Part shown: piece after piece, positions 63,203 to 64,000 of the stretch
Layout of the letters: each line of letters starts with the position of its first letter
How positions within the stretch are numbered: the stretch's first letter is position 1
Assembly (NCBI GenBank): GCA_030390025.1
Contig: CM059432.1
Coordinates: 139,254,001 to 139,318,000 of the forward strand
Direction of reading: 5' to 3'
Length of the DNA stretch: 64,000 bases
Source: Squalus acanthias
Taxonomy: Eukaryota
The notes under the pieces: generated by a model
Told to the model about the DNA's origin: nothing
The model's input: the letters and a program-made list of their open reading frames with translations, nothing else
The model's database searches: none
Position numbers and translations under genes: made by a program

Positions 63203-63649
63203 TGTAGGCAAAAAGGAACGTGCCTTTACCCTACGTTACAATGTTTGTGACTCCGGGAATTACAGCTACATACACATAATGTCGGATTAACAGTTGACAC
63301 TTTTATTCATCTAACTCAAGTTAGATAAACACAGTTATAGCACAACATACACAGAGTAAATACCTTAAGGGTTCCCGTTTATGCTACCCAGACTCAAGTG
63401 CTGATCAGGCTTACCTTGCCCTGGGTTCCTTAGCTTGGTGACCAAACCAAGGACTCGTTCTTGACTGCAGTGCCGAAATCTCTCACTACCCTCAGATTTA
63501 TGTCCTGAATTATCGTGGCTACAACCAGATGGTCAATTGTGTGCTAATCTCACTTGATCAGTTTAGTCAGTGGGCCTCATGACCGGAGACTTACTTGATC
63601 AGTTTAGTCTAGCAACAGTTTCCCAATTTAATATAGAGGCCATCTTACA
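63203..63649 (-). mobile_element. 5' LTR, 447 bp
   Basis: TGTAAG...CCTACA termini on the minus strand; 17-bp repeat at 63552-63568 and 63593-63609; CATAAA 63497-63502; AATAAA 63302-63307; adjacent PBS. Confidence 0.85.
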
Positions 63650-63835
63650 TGTGTGAAGACAGGTAGATTGGTGAGGACGAGGTCAAGTAGGTTTTTCCCT
63701 CATGTTGGTTCTCTCACCACCTGCCGCAGGCCCAGTCTGGCAGCTATGTCCTTCAGGACTCGGCCAGCCCGGTCAGTAGTTGTGCGACCGAGCCACTCTT
63801 GGTGATGGACATTGAAGTCCCCCTACCCAGAATAC
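63650..63835 (-). mobile_element. APE fragment of the 54395-58437 LINE family
   Basis: Matches 57485-57665 (GDFNVHHQEW...GKNLLDLVLTN). Confidence 0.85.
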
Positions 63836-64000
63836 TGGGCAACTTGAACTCGCAGCGCACTCATACAGGCCGTCAATGCTGTTTTTGCATTACCCACCCG
63901 TACGGACCTGTCCCCTAAGAAAACGGAAAGTCACAGTCACGACATATTACTTACTATAGGATCGGTTTAAAAAGAGAGGTTTGAAATGGACGAACACAAA

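Overview
Vertebrate genomic DNA, very probably a shark or other cartilaginous fish, judged from its repeats (HE1-type V-SINE, SacSINE1/Deu-type SINEs, abundant CR1, L2 tails, Penelope fragments). Two host genes lie head-to-head. FAM91A1 is on the minus strand: coding exons 1-10 run from 32712 down to 369, all GT-AG, 849 nt / 283 aa, and the gene continues beyond the left edge. ANXA13 is on the plus strand: exon 1 (MGNTH) at 45850-45864 behind a TATA promoter with gut-type motifs, and a 76-nt exon at 52703-52778. Most of the rest is nested transposon debris. The most notable non-host features: (1) a decayed minus-strand LTR retroelement/ERV at about 59884-63649 with a 447-bp LTR, a tRNA-Arg primer-binding site, a zinc-knuckle gag, a protease and a foamy-like RT start, interrupted or truncated four times by Penelope sequence; (2) an apparently ORF1-less LINE with a tRNA-like Pol III head, plus a short head+tail SINE of the same family; (3) two Tigger-like MITEs with shared ends but different cores; (4) a solo LTR just upstream of ANXA13 exon 2; (5) a possible CRE-clade remnant. 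Gene and repeat-family names come from recalled sequences, not database searches. Repeat boundaries are approximate unless TSDs or TIRs are quoted.
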